From Barthelona sp. PAP020 (lineage: Eukaryota): a stretch of DNA of 61,447 nucleotides. Positions 11,365 to 21,289 of the stretch are shown here, in pieces. Each line of letters opens with the position of its first letter. The stretch's first letter is position 1. The stretch is from positions 1 to 61,447 of the forward strand of contig JARQWU010000033.1 in NCBI GenBank assembly GCA_040182905.1, written 5' to 3'. The translations under genes were made by a program, and so were the position numbers. The notes under the pieces were generated by a model. The model saw nothing but the letters and a program-made list of their open reading frames with translations, had not been told where the DNA came from and made no database searches.

Positions 11365-12657
11365 TTATATTGGTTTATCAAACTTCTTTTGGTATTCTTT
11401 CTTTGATAAGACTTTATTTTTTCTATAATTTTTTGATTTTTTTGGAAAATCTGTGAGTATACTTTCATATTTTTTTTGATGTTTAATATATGTTTTCATT
11501 TTCCATAATTGATATGAAAATTCGTTGATATTTGAACAATTATCCAAATCCACTGACAGTAATTTATCAATCTCATATATATCATCATTTGTTGGAATAT
11601 TATCACCTAAATAATGTGTGCTGTTAATATAATCACTTTTTTTGGGTTTTTTTGAATTTTGTGATGATGTTTTCCAATCTTTTTGTTTTTTTCCCAAACA
11701 TATTTTTTGAATACATGCTTCTTCACATTCTATTTCATCTTTACTTTCAACATATCGGGATATTGCATGCCAATTAGTAATTCCACATTTTTCAATAGCT
11801 TTTAACAATTCAACATCTTCAGAAAGTTGCCATTGTTTGGTAATCTCATTCATTGTTGGTATATCATCAATCATTGAATGCTGAGTATGACTACAATTCA
11901 TGCAAAAATTCTTATCACAAATTTTGCAGTAATTTCTTAAAAAGTCGATTTTCTTTTTACATTTTGCACATTCAAAGATTGGAATTCTTTTTCCTTTTTT
12001 TGGTCCAATAGTGAATGTAAAATTTTTTTGGTTATTTTGGATGTCAGGCTGATATTCTATTTGTCCTTTGATGATCATTTCTTCAACTGTTTTTGAATCA
12101 TTTAAGTTAGGTATTGCTTGAACAAATGTCCTTTTCCCCTTTTTTTTGAGTGTGCTTTGTCTATTTTGTGTATTTGTTGAAATTTCTTGTTCAAGAATTG
12201 GTTCCCTTTTAACCTCAGCAATTTTTCTTTTTTCTACATTTTCTTCCCATAGATCTGGAGTAAATATACATGTAGGTTCGTTTGAACCTTGTTTTTTATT
12301 GTTTTGTGAATCATCAAAATCAAAATCATCCCAATTTTCAATTTCTTCTTTGTCTGATTCTGACGTTATAATGTCATCATCACTTAAATCATTTAAATTA
12401 CCTTCTAACGCTTTAATTAAAGCTATTTTTGTTACATTAATCTTTGAGCATATATGTAAGATTTGTGTGAATTTCCTTCCAACATTTCCAGAAATTCGAT
12501 TTTTTTCAATTAAATATCCTATTCGTGATGATCTTTTTGTTTTTTCTATTAGAAATAATTCATTGATTACGTTTAAATATTTCCTCAAAGATCTTCCATT
12601 TTCATTCACTGTTAAACTTTGTAAGTCTTTTAAATGTTTTGAAGGCAAAGAACTCAT
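11365..12657 (-). CDS. ADA2-like protein with a ZZ-type zinc finger and a SANT/Myb domain
   Basis: CAKC..CKIC..CMNC..H followed by WQLSEDVELLKAIEKCGITNWHAISRYV; first ATG at 12657. Confidence 0.7.
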   Translation of the reverse strand: MSSLPSKHLKDLQSLTVNENGRSLRKYLNVINELFLIEKTKRSSRIGYLIEKNRISGNVGRKFTQILHICSKINVTKIALIKALEGNLNDLSDDDIITSESDKEEIENWDDFDFDDSQNNKKQGSNEPTCIFTPDLWEENVEKRKIAEVKREPILEQEISTNTQNRQSTLKKKGKRTFVQAIPNLNDSKTVEEMIIKGQIEYQPDIQNNQKNFTFTIGPKKGKRIPIFECAKCKKKIDFLRNYCKICDKNFCMNCSHTQHSMIDDIPTMNEITKQWQLSEDVELLKAIEKCGITNWHAISRYVESKDEIECEEACIQKICLGKKQKDWKTSSQNSKKPKKSDYINSTHYLGDNIPTNDDIYEIDKLLSVDLDNCSNINEFSYQLWKMKTYIKHQKKYESILTDFPKKSKNYRKNKVLSKKEYQKKFDKPI

Positions 12658-12835
12658 TAAATAAAAAATTACAAAAAGAATATTACAATCAGGCAAATGT
12701 AATTTTCTTTTTCTTTATGCTATTTTGGATAAGAAAACTGTTTTCTCTTTGATTTTTTGCCAATAAATCCATTTTATTTTTATCAATTTGAATAAAATAC
12801 AACTTTGAAAATATTTTCACAAAAAAAACCCCCGA

Positions 12836-12861
12836 CTATATTAGATTTATAACATACATAC
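12836..12861 (-). other. Candidate 26-nt spliceosomal intron in the PRP8 3' UTR
   Basis: GTATGTATGTTATAAATCTAATATAG begins 2 nt after the TGA stop and has the same TCTAATAT..AG end as the two supported introns. Confidence 0.35.
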
Positions 12862-12863
12862 CA

Positions 12864-15800
12864 TCAATTAAAAAAATCTTCGATTTCAGTGTCTAATTTT
12901 GTTACTTTTTCCAGATTTCTCAAAGCATGGAAATGTAAAATACGATGTGAATGATCATAAAAATCTTTTGGAATTCCTGGTTGAACAGAAAAGTCTTTTT
13001 TCATCAAGAAAGGATCTTGTAATGAATTATTAAAGGTAACATTCCAAGAACCATTGTTTAAAGAAGGAATCAAAAACATTCCTGGAATTTTTTTATTTAT
13101 CTCAATAGATAAAGGTCTGGCAAAAGTTTCACTAAAAGTTTCACTCAATTCATACGTAGATTCATCAATGGATGAAATGCCCCATTTAAATCCTTCTTGG
13201 GAAATCGTGTGAGCCTTTAATTGACAAGTGCCATTTCTTCCTGTGATGGAAATGATGATGGATTCCAAAGGATCCCAATTATTCTTTGCCTGTGTCAATT
13301 TACAATGATTTATTGCAGTAGCAAAACCAAGATCCCTTGCCAAGCTTCCATCATGATCAAATGAACTACAAATGCGAACCCATCCCAAAGGTAACAAATC
13401 TTCCAAAAATATTGAATCTGGACTGCCTTCGGGTAAAACAACATGCAATTGTGAACCCCATTGTAAAGGAATAACAACAGCTTTAACTACAATTAAATCA
13501 TTACCATTGTCTTTCTCTCCATATAAAAAGCCCCCAATTTGAACTCTGACATCAGAAATATGCAGCAATTTTTCAATAATATTCTTTGGAAAAATAACTT
13601 TTAAATCTCCAATTGAATGAGTCAAGATTTCAAAATGTTCAAAATCTCCCTGCAATTCCAATGTTTGTATGGCTCTTTTTCTCCAATCTGCTTTGGCATT
13701 CATCTGAAGCTTTTCGAAATTACTTGTAGTTGTTGTAATTATTTCTTCTCCATCCTTTGTCACAGTTCTTGTAGTCACCGCTGTTAATTCTGCTGGTAAA
13801 GAAGTGGATTTATCCATTGCTTCAACAACTTTTTGTCTCTCATCACTTGGAGCTTGAGATAATTCCATACCTAAAATGATATCTCGAACTTCAGAAGGAG
13901 TTAAAGCTCTAGGGTCAATAAATTTCTTCCTGGAATAATCAAGAAGGATTAAATCCTTTAATTGACCTTCCACAGAAATCCACTCATCATTCGTTAAGGA
14001 AGGCCATAAATGATTTGGTTTGGTCATTGTTGTATCAGAAACCTTCAAAATTCTTTTTGTTGTTTCGATTGAAATGTGTAAAGATCTCAAAAGAAGAACA
14101 GCTCTGATAAAACAAGTGTTTGGTGGATAATTCTTTGGCCAATCATCATATAAATTCGTCAATAATCTTTGTGAATTCTTAGCACTGTTAATGCAATCTG
14201 CTATTCTTGGCACTTTCAAAAGTGATTTGAAAGGCAAATCTAAAGAAGAGCCTCTTGCTTTAATGGAATCTAAATCAATCAATTTGGCTTGTAATGGATC
14301 AATTAATGGTCTATTCAAAATAACCAAAGAATTAGGTCTACCATTTGGTAAATTTTCATCAATTGAACGTATTTGAGCAATTATTTCTTCAGCAGCTTTC
14401 CAATGACTCAATTGACCAACACGCTTTTGTCCAATAAATGTATCACTATGAACTACACTCAATATTAGAGAACCAGTTTTTGCATTAAACATCGTAACAA
14501 AACCATTCAAAGTCTTTTCTATGTTTCTGTTATCAAAAGATTTCGTTAAAGCTTTACGATATACATGAGAATCATCAACAATCCAAGCGTTTTCAAACAA
14601 TTGGGTAAAATTACCAGAATTAATCATTGCAGTGGACAATTTTGATGTGGATAATTGTAAACTATTTCTAATTCTTTCACGCAACATATTAAGAGCAGGA
14701 TTTTCCTCAAATAATTTTTTCAAAGTGTTTTCGATAAAGACTTTTAATCCTCTGAACCAATGACCGTAAGCGCTCCATGAATTATAACATAAATCAACAG
14801 CAATCATTAAACCATGTTCACATGGATACTTTGTAATCATATCATGGGTGTATTCCATAAATTTGACTTTGGCATATTTATCAATGTCATGGTTATCATA
14901 GTTACCATATCTTAATTGAATATCAATCCAAAAATTTTCACAAGATGCATGATCAAAGGTATCATTGCTTTGATTGATTGACGAAGGTTTGGATACAAAC
15001 CATTTATAGCTGCTTGAACAAATGACATCTGCTGCACCAACATGCAACTTAAAACTTTTCCTTGGATGTATCTGTTGAGGTTCAACGCTTTCCATTTCCA
15101 ATAAATCTAGATTGCTATCGAACGATCTACATACATCTAAGACTAATGATGAATGAATATTAGCCCAATGGCCTTTAAATAACTGAATATACGTTGTCTT
15201 TAATGTTTGCAATTTACCATGCATTAAAATACCTGTTGCATCCAATTGTACTTGATAACCAATGTAAACATCTGCTCTATTTATTGTAGGAGACCACCAA
15301 AATGTGAATTTTCTGTTCGGGATTTGATTCAAACCTTTACGTTGAGCATTCGTAAGTTTTCTAATTTTTGCTAAATCCTCAAAAGATTGACCTTTTTGCC
15401 AAAATAATCCATCCCACGTTTTAAAACCAGTTCCTTTATACATACTATGTTCTAATATGCTTTCAATTCCACCTAGACTTTCAATTACATCTTCTCTATA
15501 TAAGTCTAAGTTCCATAATTTTCCATCATGTTGATAATTGGTCCAATCAAAATATTCTCTCTTTTTAGACCAATATTTTAGGTAATATTTTCTCACACGA
15601 TATCCTTTATCATAAATTAAAGTGTTACGATCCCTTTGAAACAAGGTATTAATACGTGGAATTCCTCGATCCCACAATCCTTCTAAATCTTCAACTGTCA
15701 AACGATGATTACTTTGATTGGCAATTTGTCTCCTTCTATTGTAATCTTTCCATATGCGTATACTTGTGGTAAACTCTTCATCCCATCTTGTAATGTAGTT

Positions 15801-18800
15801 TATCAATGTTGGAATCATTTCGTTGGTAGAAGAAGACATTCCATTGATAAAATGAGTTGTGGCTTGAGTGGTTTGTAAACGATATTTTAAATCACTTTGA
15901 GGTATTAAAATATGTCCTGCAGATAACATTTCCAAACCACCTAAATCCCTTGGAGCATAAAAAACTACAGGGGGAAAACGATCCGGCATCTTAGAATTTA
16001 CACCAGATTTAATTCTGTTTTGAATTTTTGTTTCACAACGAATGATAGTCTCCAACAATTCATTTGTGTTTGTTATGGCTTCTCTAAAATAGGCAACTAA
16101 AGATATTAAAATCACATTCCAACGTGAGGCTATCTTAGTAAAAGTTGTAGAACCAGAAGTCAATAGCAATGTTCTAACGTTGCTTTCAAATTGTTTGACA
16201 GATGTTTGACTAACTTTCAACCAAACATATAACAGAATTTTTGCAGTTATTATATTTTTCATTGTCCAAGTATATGTAGCAGCTTCTTCATCATCTTTAA
16301 ACATTCGGATTGCAGGAACAAAACGAACTTCAAAACCTTGGAATTCAAATGTGATGTGAGAATTCTCTTTTGAAAACACATTGATTAACGTTGTGTTATA
16401 ATCAAAAGTACCTATAGAATTAGGCAACGAATTTAGCAAATTCCAAAATGTTGCTTTCGCTAAAATGACATCATTGTCAAAGAACCTCATTCTTTCATCT
16501 TTTGGCCATGCTCTATTGATATATGGTGATTTCAATGGATAATTAGAATTCTTAAACATAGAACATAATTGATTGCTCAAATGTTTATCAAATTTATAAA
16601 CTAAATACACATTGTCTAAAAATCGCAAATATTGCCGTAAAGGATGTCTTTTTTCAATTTCAATATTTTCAAATTGTCCATATTTTAATGCGATTCCATT
16701 CTGTTCATAACTTAATTCAAAAGCTCTTGGTACACCTAGAATCATTAAATCAACAATTAAATACCAGTACTGAATCAAAAAAGAACTGAATTGTAATCCC
16801 TTAATTATACCATAGTTTGAAGTGTAATTCATGTCTTTAAAATTAACATTGACATTGTTTCTACTGGTCAAATAATCACTCAATTGATCATCAATACATA
16901 ATTTCAACAATTTATTAAGTAAATTCAAATCACAATTTTCCAAACTGTTTTCAACCTTAGTTTGAATTAATACTGTTTGCCCATATGGTTCCCATAAATC
17001 TTCTTTATTTGCTAAAACTTCAAGAAAATTAAATAAAGTTTGTGGAGCAATTTCATCATCGCAAGGTTTTATCCAATTTGGAAATAGATTTCTGTTTGAT
17101 GCTTCAAACCATAAATATTGATCTAAATAAGCATCAACAATCTTTTCCAAAATATCAACATCATAAATAGGCTCCAAATAACTAAAATGATCGATAAAAT
17201 CAATTTCAACATTCCTAAATACTCTTTGAGTACTTAAATATCGTTTTATATGTCCTAAAAGCTCTGTAGGATCATCAAATCCTTTTTCTAATTCACCCAA
17301 TTCTTTTCTTTCCTTTTGATTCAAAAATGATTTGGATAAATATTGATCTTTTAACCGTTCTAAAGCTAATAAGAGAATATGTGTATCATGACGATAATTT
17401 TGCTGAGGAAATTCAATTTTATTTTCAGTTAATCCAATCCTGGAAAACCACGCGATGGCAATTTTATAAATCCCAATCGCTTCTTGAGTATGTAAAAAGG
17501 GTCCTTCTTTCAAATATCTTTCTTGTCTTTGGGACTCTTCTCTTAAATATAATCTACCAACTCGTGTAGTGTTCTTTTTAAAGACTGTGTTTTCAACACT
17601 TTCATTCTTTCTCAATCTTTCACGAACAAAATAGGTGACACTAGTATACCAATCTGCTTTTAACTTAACATAACGTAAAATAAGCGCATTAATGGCATCA
17701 GGCATCCCTTCAACACGCCAAGGAATATCAGCTCTCCAACATCTCCAAGCTTCACTCAAATGTTGCAAAATTTTCTCAATGTTTCCTTTTTGGCCTTCTT
17801 CAGGAAGAATATCCAATAATTCTCTAGTCAATGAAGAACGCATTTGAATATCAAAATTTGACTCTTCTCTTTGCTTGTTTACTGCTTTAATTCGGAAGTT
17901 ATCTCTGCCTTCAAACATTCGCGAAATTAAATTTCCCAACCATTTCCTTAATAATGGTGTTAAACCACGCAACCAAAAGAACCATACACGCCAAAGTGGA
18001 TGCCAAAAACCAATACCAGGCTTTTGCCTGTCTTCTTTCACATTTGAAGTTTTAGATGATGTAAAGTATCGGTCTATTAATAGTTGAAGATCTTTACACT
18101 CTCTCACTTGATGATTAGTCTTATATTTATATCTATACACACCCGTCATTTCACCAACATGGTTAAATAAATAAGACAAAGCATCTGCCAATTGATATGA
18201 ATCAATATGACCCAAACGATACTTTACATGGGCATCAACAATTAATTTCATAAATCTTAAGATCTCTCGTATTAAATGAAAAGAATTTCCAACTCTAGCA
18301 GACTTTCGTTCCTTTGTCTTCAGAGTTCTCGTTTGTTTTAACACAAAATTGTAATCCAGATGTAAATAATTGAGATTCTTTTTTGCCAACACTAATCTTA
18401 ACATATTATGCCCTTGTCTCAACACTTGAAGTCCCGCCTCAACCCAATCCAGTGAAGTGATTTCAAAGTGAGGAGATTTTGAAAATTCTTTTATAAGTCC
18501 TCCACCTTTCGTGTCATCTCTGCTCTTAAAGGATCTCAACACTTTTCCTTTGTTCAAACGTTGATGCGCAACTCTAGTATGCCCTTTAGAATCTCCTTTT
18601 GTTATATGTTTTGTCAACCATGAATCCACTAGAGAAACATCTTGAGCTCTTTTGGTGTTATTCTTTTTCCTATCAAATGGTTTTGGTGCATGAATCATTA
18701 AAGTAGAAACATAAGGATCAGCAAGTTCAATATTGGATCCAAACGCTTTGGGCTTCTTTAAACTAAGTGGCTTAATAACAAAATTATCATCATGCCACAA

Positions 18801-19712
18801 ATCACGACGTTGAATAGGATGTAGTTGATCATTTGAAAAAGTAAAATCATGCTTGGGTTTGACAGTTTGAACAAAAGGATAACTATGTTGTATTCGTTTC
18901 AAATTTCTAGGCCTGGAATTGAAGAGATAAGGAAGAGCTATTCGATACATCGTTATAATTTTTTGACGAAAAATAACCTTCCTCAAATCATTAAACTCAT
19001 TCCACACATCAGTCTCATACTCATCATCTTTGAATAAAGGCTCAAATTTTGGTCCTCCAGGTATTACCAAATTCAACGATTTGGCAGTGATAAAACTATT
19101 TAAATTAAATAAATATTGGGAATTCAAATCTAATGGTAAAACAAAGGTCGAAGAAAATTCAAGTAATTTTGATAATAAATTGTTATTAAGTTTCCAAAAT
19201 TTATAGGCGAAAGTGATGGAATTGGTTTCGATTAAAGCATTATGGTCGTAAAACCATTGAAAAATTTTAATTGAAGCTGAATCCAATTCAATAGGTTCTG
19301 GTGGATCCAAATTTAATATATGTTCTCCAAAATCAACAATGGGTTCTTCATCATCAAATGGAGGAAAAACTAAACGCTGAAAATTAGACCGAGCTAATCT
19401 TTCAACTTTTAAAGCATGCCACATAGAGCTCCATTGAGCAAAAAATAAAGGTTCAATAACTCTGGGAACTTCATTAACAATTGTCAAACACCCAATTTTA
19501 TGATAAACAACATTCACGTATCTATGCGTTTCCCATGGCATTGGTATGTTTTCCAATAATTTCAAACATGCTAATGGTAAAAAAGGTAATGCTCCAAGAT
19601 ATGAACGTTTGTCCAATTTTGTACGGGTTGATAAATCTCCATTATCACGAATTATCTTTCGAATATGTTCTGGTGGCATTCGAATCGCCCGATATCCGTT
19701 CGAATTGGACAT
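12864..19712 (-). CDS. PRP8: Pre-mRNA splicing factor Prp8 (U5 snRNP); intronless CDS, divergent
   Basis: MPPEHIRKII, LLENIPMPWE, QHLSEAWRCWRA, SKMPDRFPPVVFY, DRGIPRINTLF, WWSPTINRA, IHPRKS, NLYDDW; 2282 aa. Confidence 0.99.
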   Translation of the reverse strand: MSNSNGYRAIRMPPEHIRKIIRDNGDLSTRTKLDKRSYLGALPFLPLACLKLLENIPMPWETHRYVNVVYHKIGCLTIVNEVPRVIEPLFFAQWSSMWHALKVERLARSNFQRLVFPPFDDEEPIVDFGEHILNLDPPEPIELDSASIKIFQWFYDHNALIETNSITFAYKFWKLNNNLLSKLLEFSSTFVLPLDLNSQYLFNLNSFITAKSLNLVIPGGPKFEPLFKDDEYETDVWNEFNDLRKVIFRQKIITMYRIALPYLFNSRPRNLKRIQHSYPFVQTVKPKHDFTFSNDQLHPIQRRDLWHDDNFVIKPLSLKKPKAFGSNIELADPYVSTLMIHAPKPFDRKKNNTKRAQDVSLVDSWLTKHITKGDSKGHTRVAHQRLNKGKVLRSFKSRDDTKGGGLIKEFSKSPHFEITSLDWVEAGLQVLRQGHNMLRLVLAKKNLNYLHLDYNFVLKQTRTLKTKERKSARVGNSFHLIREILRFMKLIVDAHVKYRLGHIDSYQLADALSYLFNHVGEMTGVYRYKYKTNHQVRECKDLQLLIDRYFTSSKTSNVKEDRQKPGIGFWHPLWRVWFFWLRGLTPLLRKWLGNLISRMFEGRDNFRIKAVNKQREESNFDIQMRSSLTRELLDILPEEGQKGNIEKILQHLSEAWRCWRADIPWRVEGMPDAINALILRYVKLKADWYTSVTYFVRERLRKNESVENTVFKKNTTRVGRLYLREESQRQERYLKEGPFLHTQEAIGIYKIAIAWFSRIGLTENKIEFPQQNYRHDTHILLLALERLKDQYLSKSFLNQKERKELGELEKGFDDPTELLGHIKRYLSTQRVFRNVEIDFIDHFSYLEPIYDVDILEKIVDAYLDQYLWFEASNRNLFPNWIKPCDDEIAPQTLFNFLEVLANKEDLWEPYGQTVLIQTKVENSLENCDLNLLNKLLKLCIDDQLSDYLTSRNNVNVNFKDMNYTSNYGIIKGLQFSSFLIQYWYLIVDLMILGVPRAFELSYEQNGIALKYGQFENIEIEKRHPLRQYLRFLDNVYLVYKFDKHLSNQLCSMFKNSNYPLKSPYINRAWPKDERMRFFDNDVILAKATFWNLLNSLPNSIGTFDYNTTLINVFSKENSHITFEFQGFEVRFVPAIRMFKDDEEAATYTWTMKNIITAKILLYVWLKVSQTSVKQFESNVRTLLLTSGSTTFTKIASRWNVILISLVAYFREAITNTNELLETIIRCETKIQNRIKSGVNSKMPDRFPPVVFYAPRDLGGLEMLSAGHILIPQSDLKYRLQTTQATTHFINGMSSSTNEMIPTLINYITRWDEEFTTSIRIWKDYNRRRQIANQSNHRLTVEDLEGLWDRGIPRINTLFQRDRNTLIYDKGYRVRKYYLKYWSKKREYFDWTNYQHDGKLWNLDLYREDVIESLGGIESILEHSMYKGTGFKTWDGLFWQKGQSFEDLAKIRKLTNAQRKGLNQIPNRKFTFWWSPTINRADVYIGYQVQLDATGILMHGKLQTLKTTYIQLFKGHWANIHSSLVLDVCRSFDSNLDLLEMESVEPQQIHPRKSFKLHVGAADVICSSSYKWFVSKPSSINQSNDTFDHASCENFWIDIQLRYGNYDNHDIDKYAKVKFMEYTHDMITKYPCEHGLMIAVDLCYNSWSAYGHWFRGLKVFIENTLKKLFEENPALNMLRERIRNSLQLSTSKLSTAMINSGNFTQLFENAWIVDDSHVYRKALTKSFDNRNIEKTLNGFVTMFNAKTGSLILSVVHSDTFIGQKRVGQLSHWKAAEEIIAQIRSIDENLPNGRPNSLVILNRPLIDPLQAKLIDLDSIKARGSSLDLPFKSLLKVPRIADCINSAKNSQRLLTNLYDDWPKNYPPNTCFIRAVLLLRSLHISIETTKRILKVSDTTMTKPNHLWPSLTNDEWISVEGQLKDLILLDYSRKKFIDPRALTPSEVRDIILGMELSQAPSDERQKVVEAMDKSTSLPAELTAVTTRTVTKDGEEIITTTTSNFEKLQMNAKADWRKRAIQTLELQGDFEHFEILTHSIGDLKVIFPKNIIEKLLHISDVRVQIGGFLYGEKDNGNDLIVVKAVVIPLQWGSQLHVVLPEGSPDSIFLEDLLPLGWVRICSSFDHDGSLARDLGFATAINHCKLTQAKNNWDPLESIIISITGRNGTCQLKAHTISQEGFKWGISSIDESTYELSETFSETFARPLSIEINKKIPGMFLIPSLNNGSWNVTFNNSLQDPFLMKKDFSVQPGIPKDFYDHSHRILHFHALRNLEKVTKLDTEIEDFFN

Positions 19713-19867
19713 TTAAAGATTAAAAAAAAATTGAAAGATAATGTTTTCTTTCCAAAACCCCAAAATTTCAACTCTTATTCATTGCTTCAAGAACAATTTA
19801 TGTATTTATGTTTAATAAAAGAAAAGATGTACTCATATTTATATAAAGCTTGAAAAAAAATAGAAGC

Positions 19868-20950
19868 TCATTCTTCTTTTTCTTCCTTTTTTTCTTCATA
19901 ATATATTCCAGCTAATTTAATAGCTCCATTATAAATTAATGTACCAAATACAATGAAAATATAACCAATTCCTCGAATATAACTGTGTTTTGTCCATGGT
20001 TCTCCCAAATCTTCAGAAATAAAATAATGCATTATTAAAGAAGCAATCCATACAACTAAACCTCTCATTGATTCAATAAATGTTCTGTGAACTGCTGAAA
20101 AAGCAGCAGTTATTGATTGTCCAAAGATGTTATAAAAAGGAATAACAAAACAAAAAACTAATGACCACATAATAATCATACCATTTCCTTTGAGCATTGT
20201 AACCGTATCAATTGAATTCTCAACAACATCACCTGGGTCGCCACCCTTAATTATCATGCAAAGAGGCAAAACAATAAAAATCATCAATAATGAACCAAAA
20301 ATTCCTTCAAAAGCAACAACTTCTGATGGTGTTGAATCAGCATCATTCATGAAATGATCTTCAACAATGAATTGTAAAGCCCACACACATTGACTCAAAA
20401 TTGCCAAAAGAGAACCAATCATAGTATTTGTCATTGAAGTTGGTGAAGTTGCATCAAGAATGGCGGAAAGACCAACAACCAAAATACCAAATGCTGCAAT
20501 AATAACACCAATATAATGATAAGACTTTTGTTTTCTTTTCAAAATCGTAACTGAAAAAAGGATGGTGAACAAATTGATGGATCCCCCGAACATTTGAACC
20601 AAAGCAGCAGAAATGAAAATGAATGCATAATTATTGATTGACGAAGCAACCAAATCAAAAACAGTGGGAATTAAAAGTTTGAAAGGTTTAACTTCTGGTT
20701 GTACTTTTTTGCCTTGATTCAGCAATGATTTTTTCTTTTCATCTCTTTCTTTTTTTTCTTTTTTCCAAATAAATATCAAAAAAGACATTCCGATAAACAT
20801 AACCAAAGTAGAATACCATGGTTTGTTAAATAAAGTTCTATGACCAAGTAAATTTTTGGATTTTTGTTGAAACATCGATTTGGTGGAAATAGAACTCCAC
20901 ATTCCAAAGAACAACAGTAATGTTGCCAATAATATCTGTTTGGCTATCAT
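19868..20950 (-). CDS. SLC35F6-like nucleotide-sugar/DMT family transporter
   Basis: About 10 hydrophobic segments; FNKPWYSTLVMFIGMS, LIPTVFDL, ALQFIVED, VVAFEGIFG, SAVHRTFIESMR. Confidence 0.85.
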   Translation of the reverse strand: MIAKQILLATLLLFFGMWSSISTKSMFQQKSKNLLGHRTLFNKPWYSTLVMFIGMSFLIFIWKKEKKERDEKKKSLLNQGKKVQPEVKPFKLLIPTVFDLVASSINNYAFIFISAALVQMFGGSINLFTILFSVTILKRKQKSYHYIGVIIAAFGILVVGLSAILDATSPTSMTNTMIGSLLAILSQCVWALQFIVEDHFMNDADSTPSEVVAFEGIFGSLLMIFIVLPLCMIIKGGDPGDVVENSIDTVTMLKGNGMIIMWSLVFCFVIPFYNIFGQSITAAFSAVHRTFIESMRGLVVWIASLIMHYFISEDLGEPWTKHSYIRGIGYIFIVFGTLIYNGAIKLAGIYYEEKKEEKEE

Positions 20951-21289
20951 TTTTTAACACAAAAAGAAGAAATTGGTGAACAAAGTCTCTTGAAAGGGAG
21001 TGAAAATATTCATTTTTTTTATTGCTTCCTCAATTAATTAGTTTTAAATATTTCTGTTTTTAGAATAAAAGAAAGTTTAAGTTTTATTTATTTGGTGCTG
21101 AACAAGTAAAACATGGGGATGATATTATTTAAAAAGTTGCTGAATTATTCTTTGTGTTTTGGTTGAAAGAAGATAATTTCAATTGTAAAAATGTTTAATA
21201 GTTAATAATTTCTGATAAAAAAGAAAGAAATCTTTGGAACAAAAACGACTATGATAATTATTTACAATTTTTCAATAAACTTTCCCGTA

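Noticed and set aside
12146..12664. 172-aa antisense ORF and the other 60-120 aa ORFs nested in larger genes
   Set aside because: Antisense or out-of-frame shadows of real CDSs, many starting with TTG or GTG, with no motifs
15380..15425. Intein in PRP8
   Set aside because: The known fungal insertion site reads TWDGLFWQKGQSFED without interruption, and the 2282-aa length leaves no room
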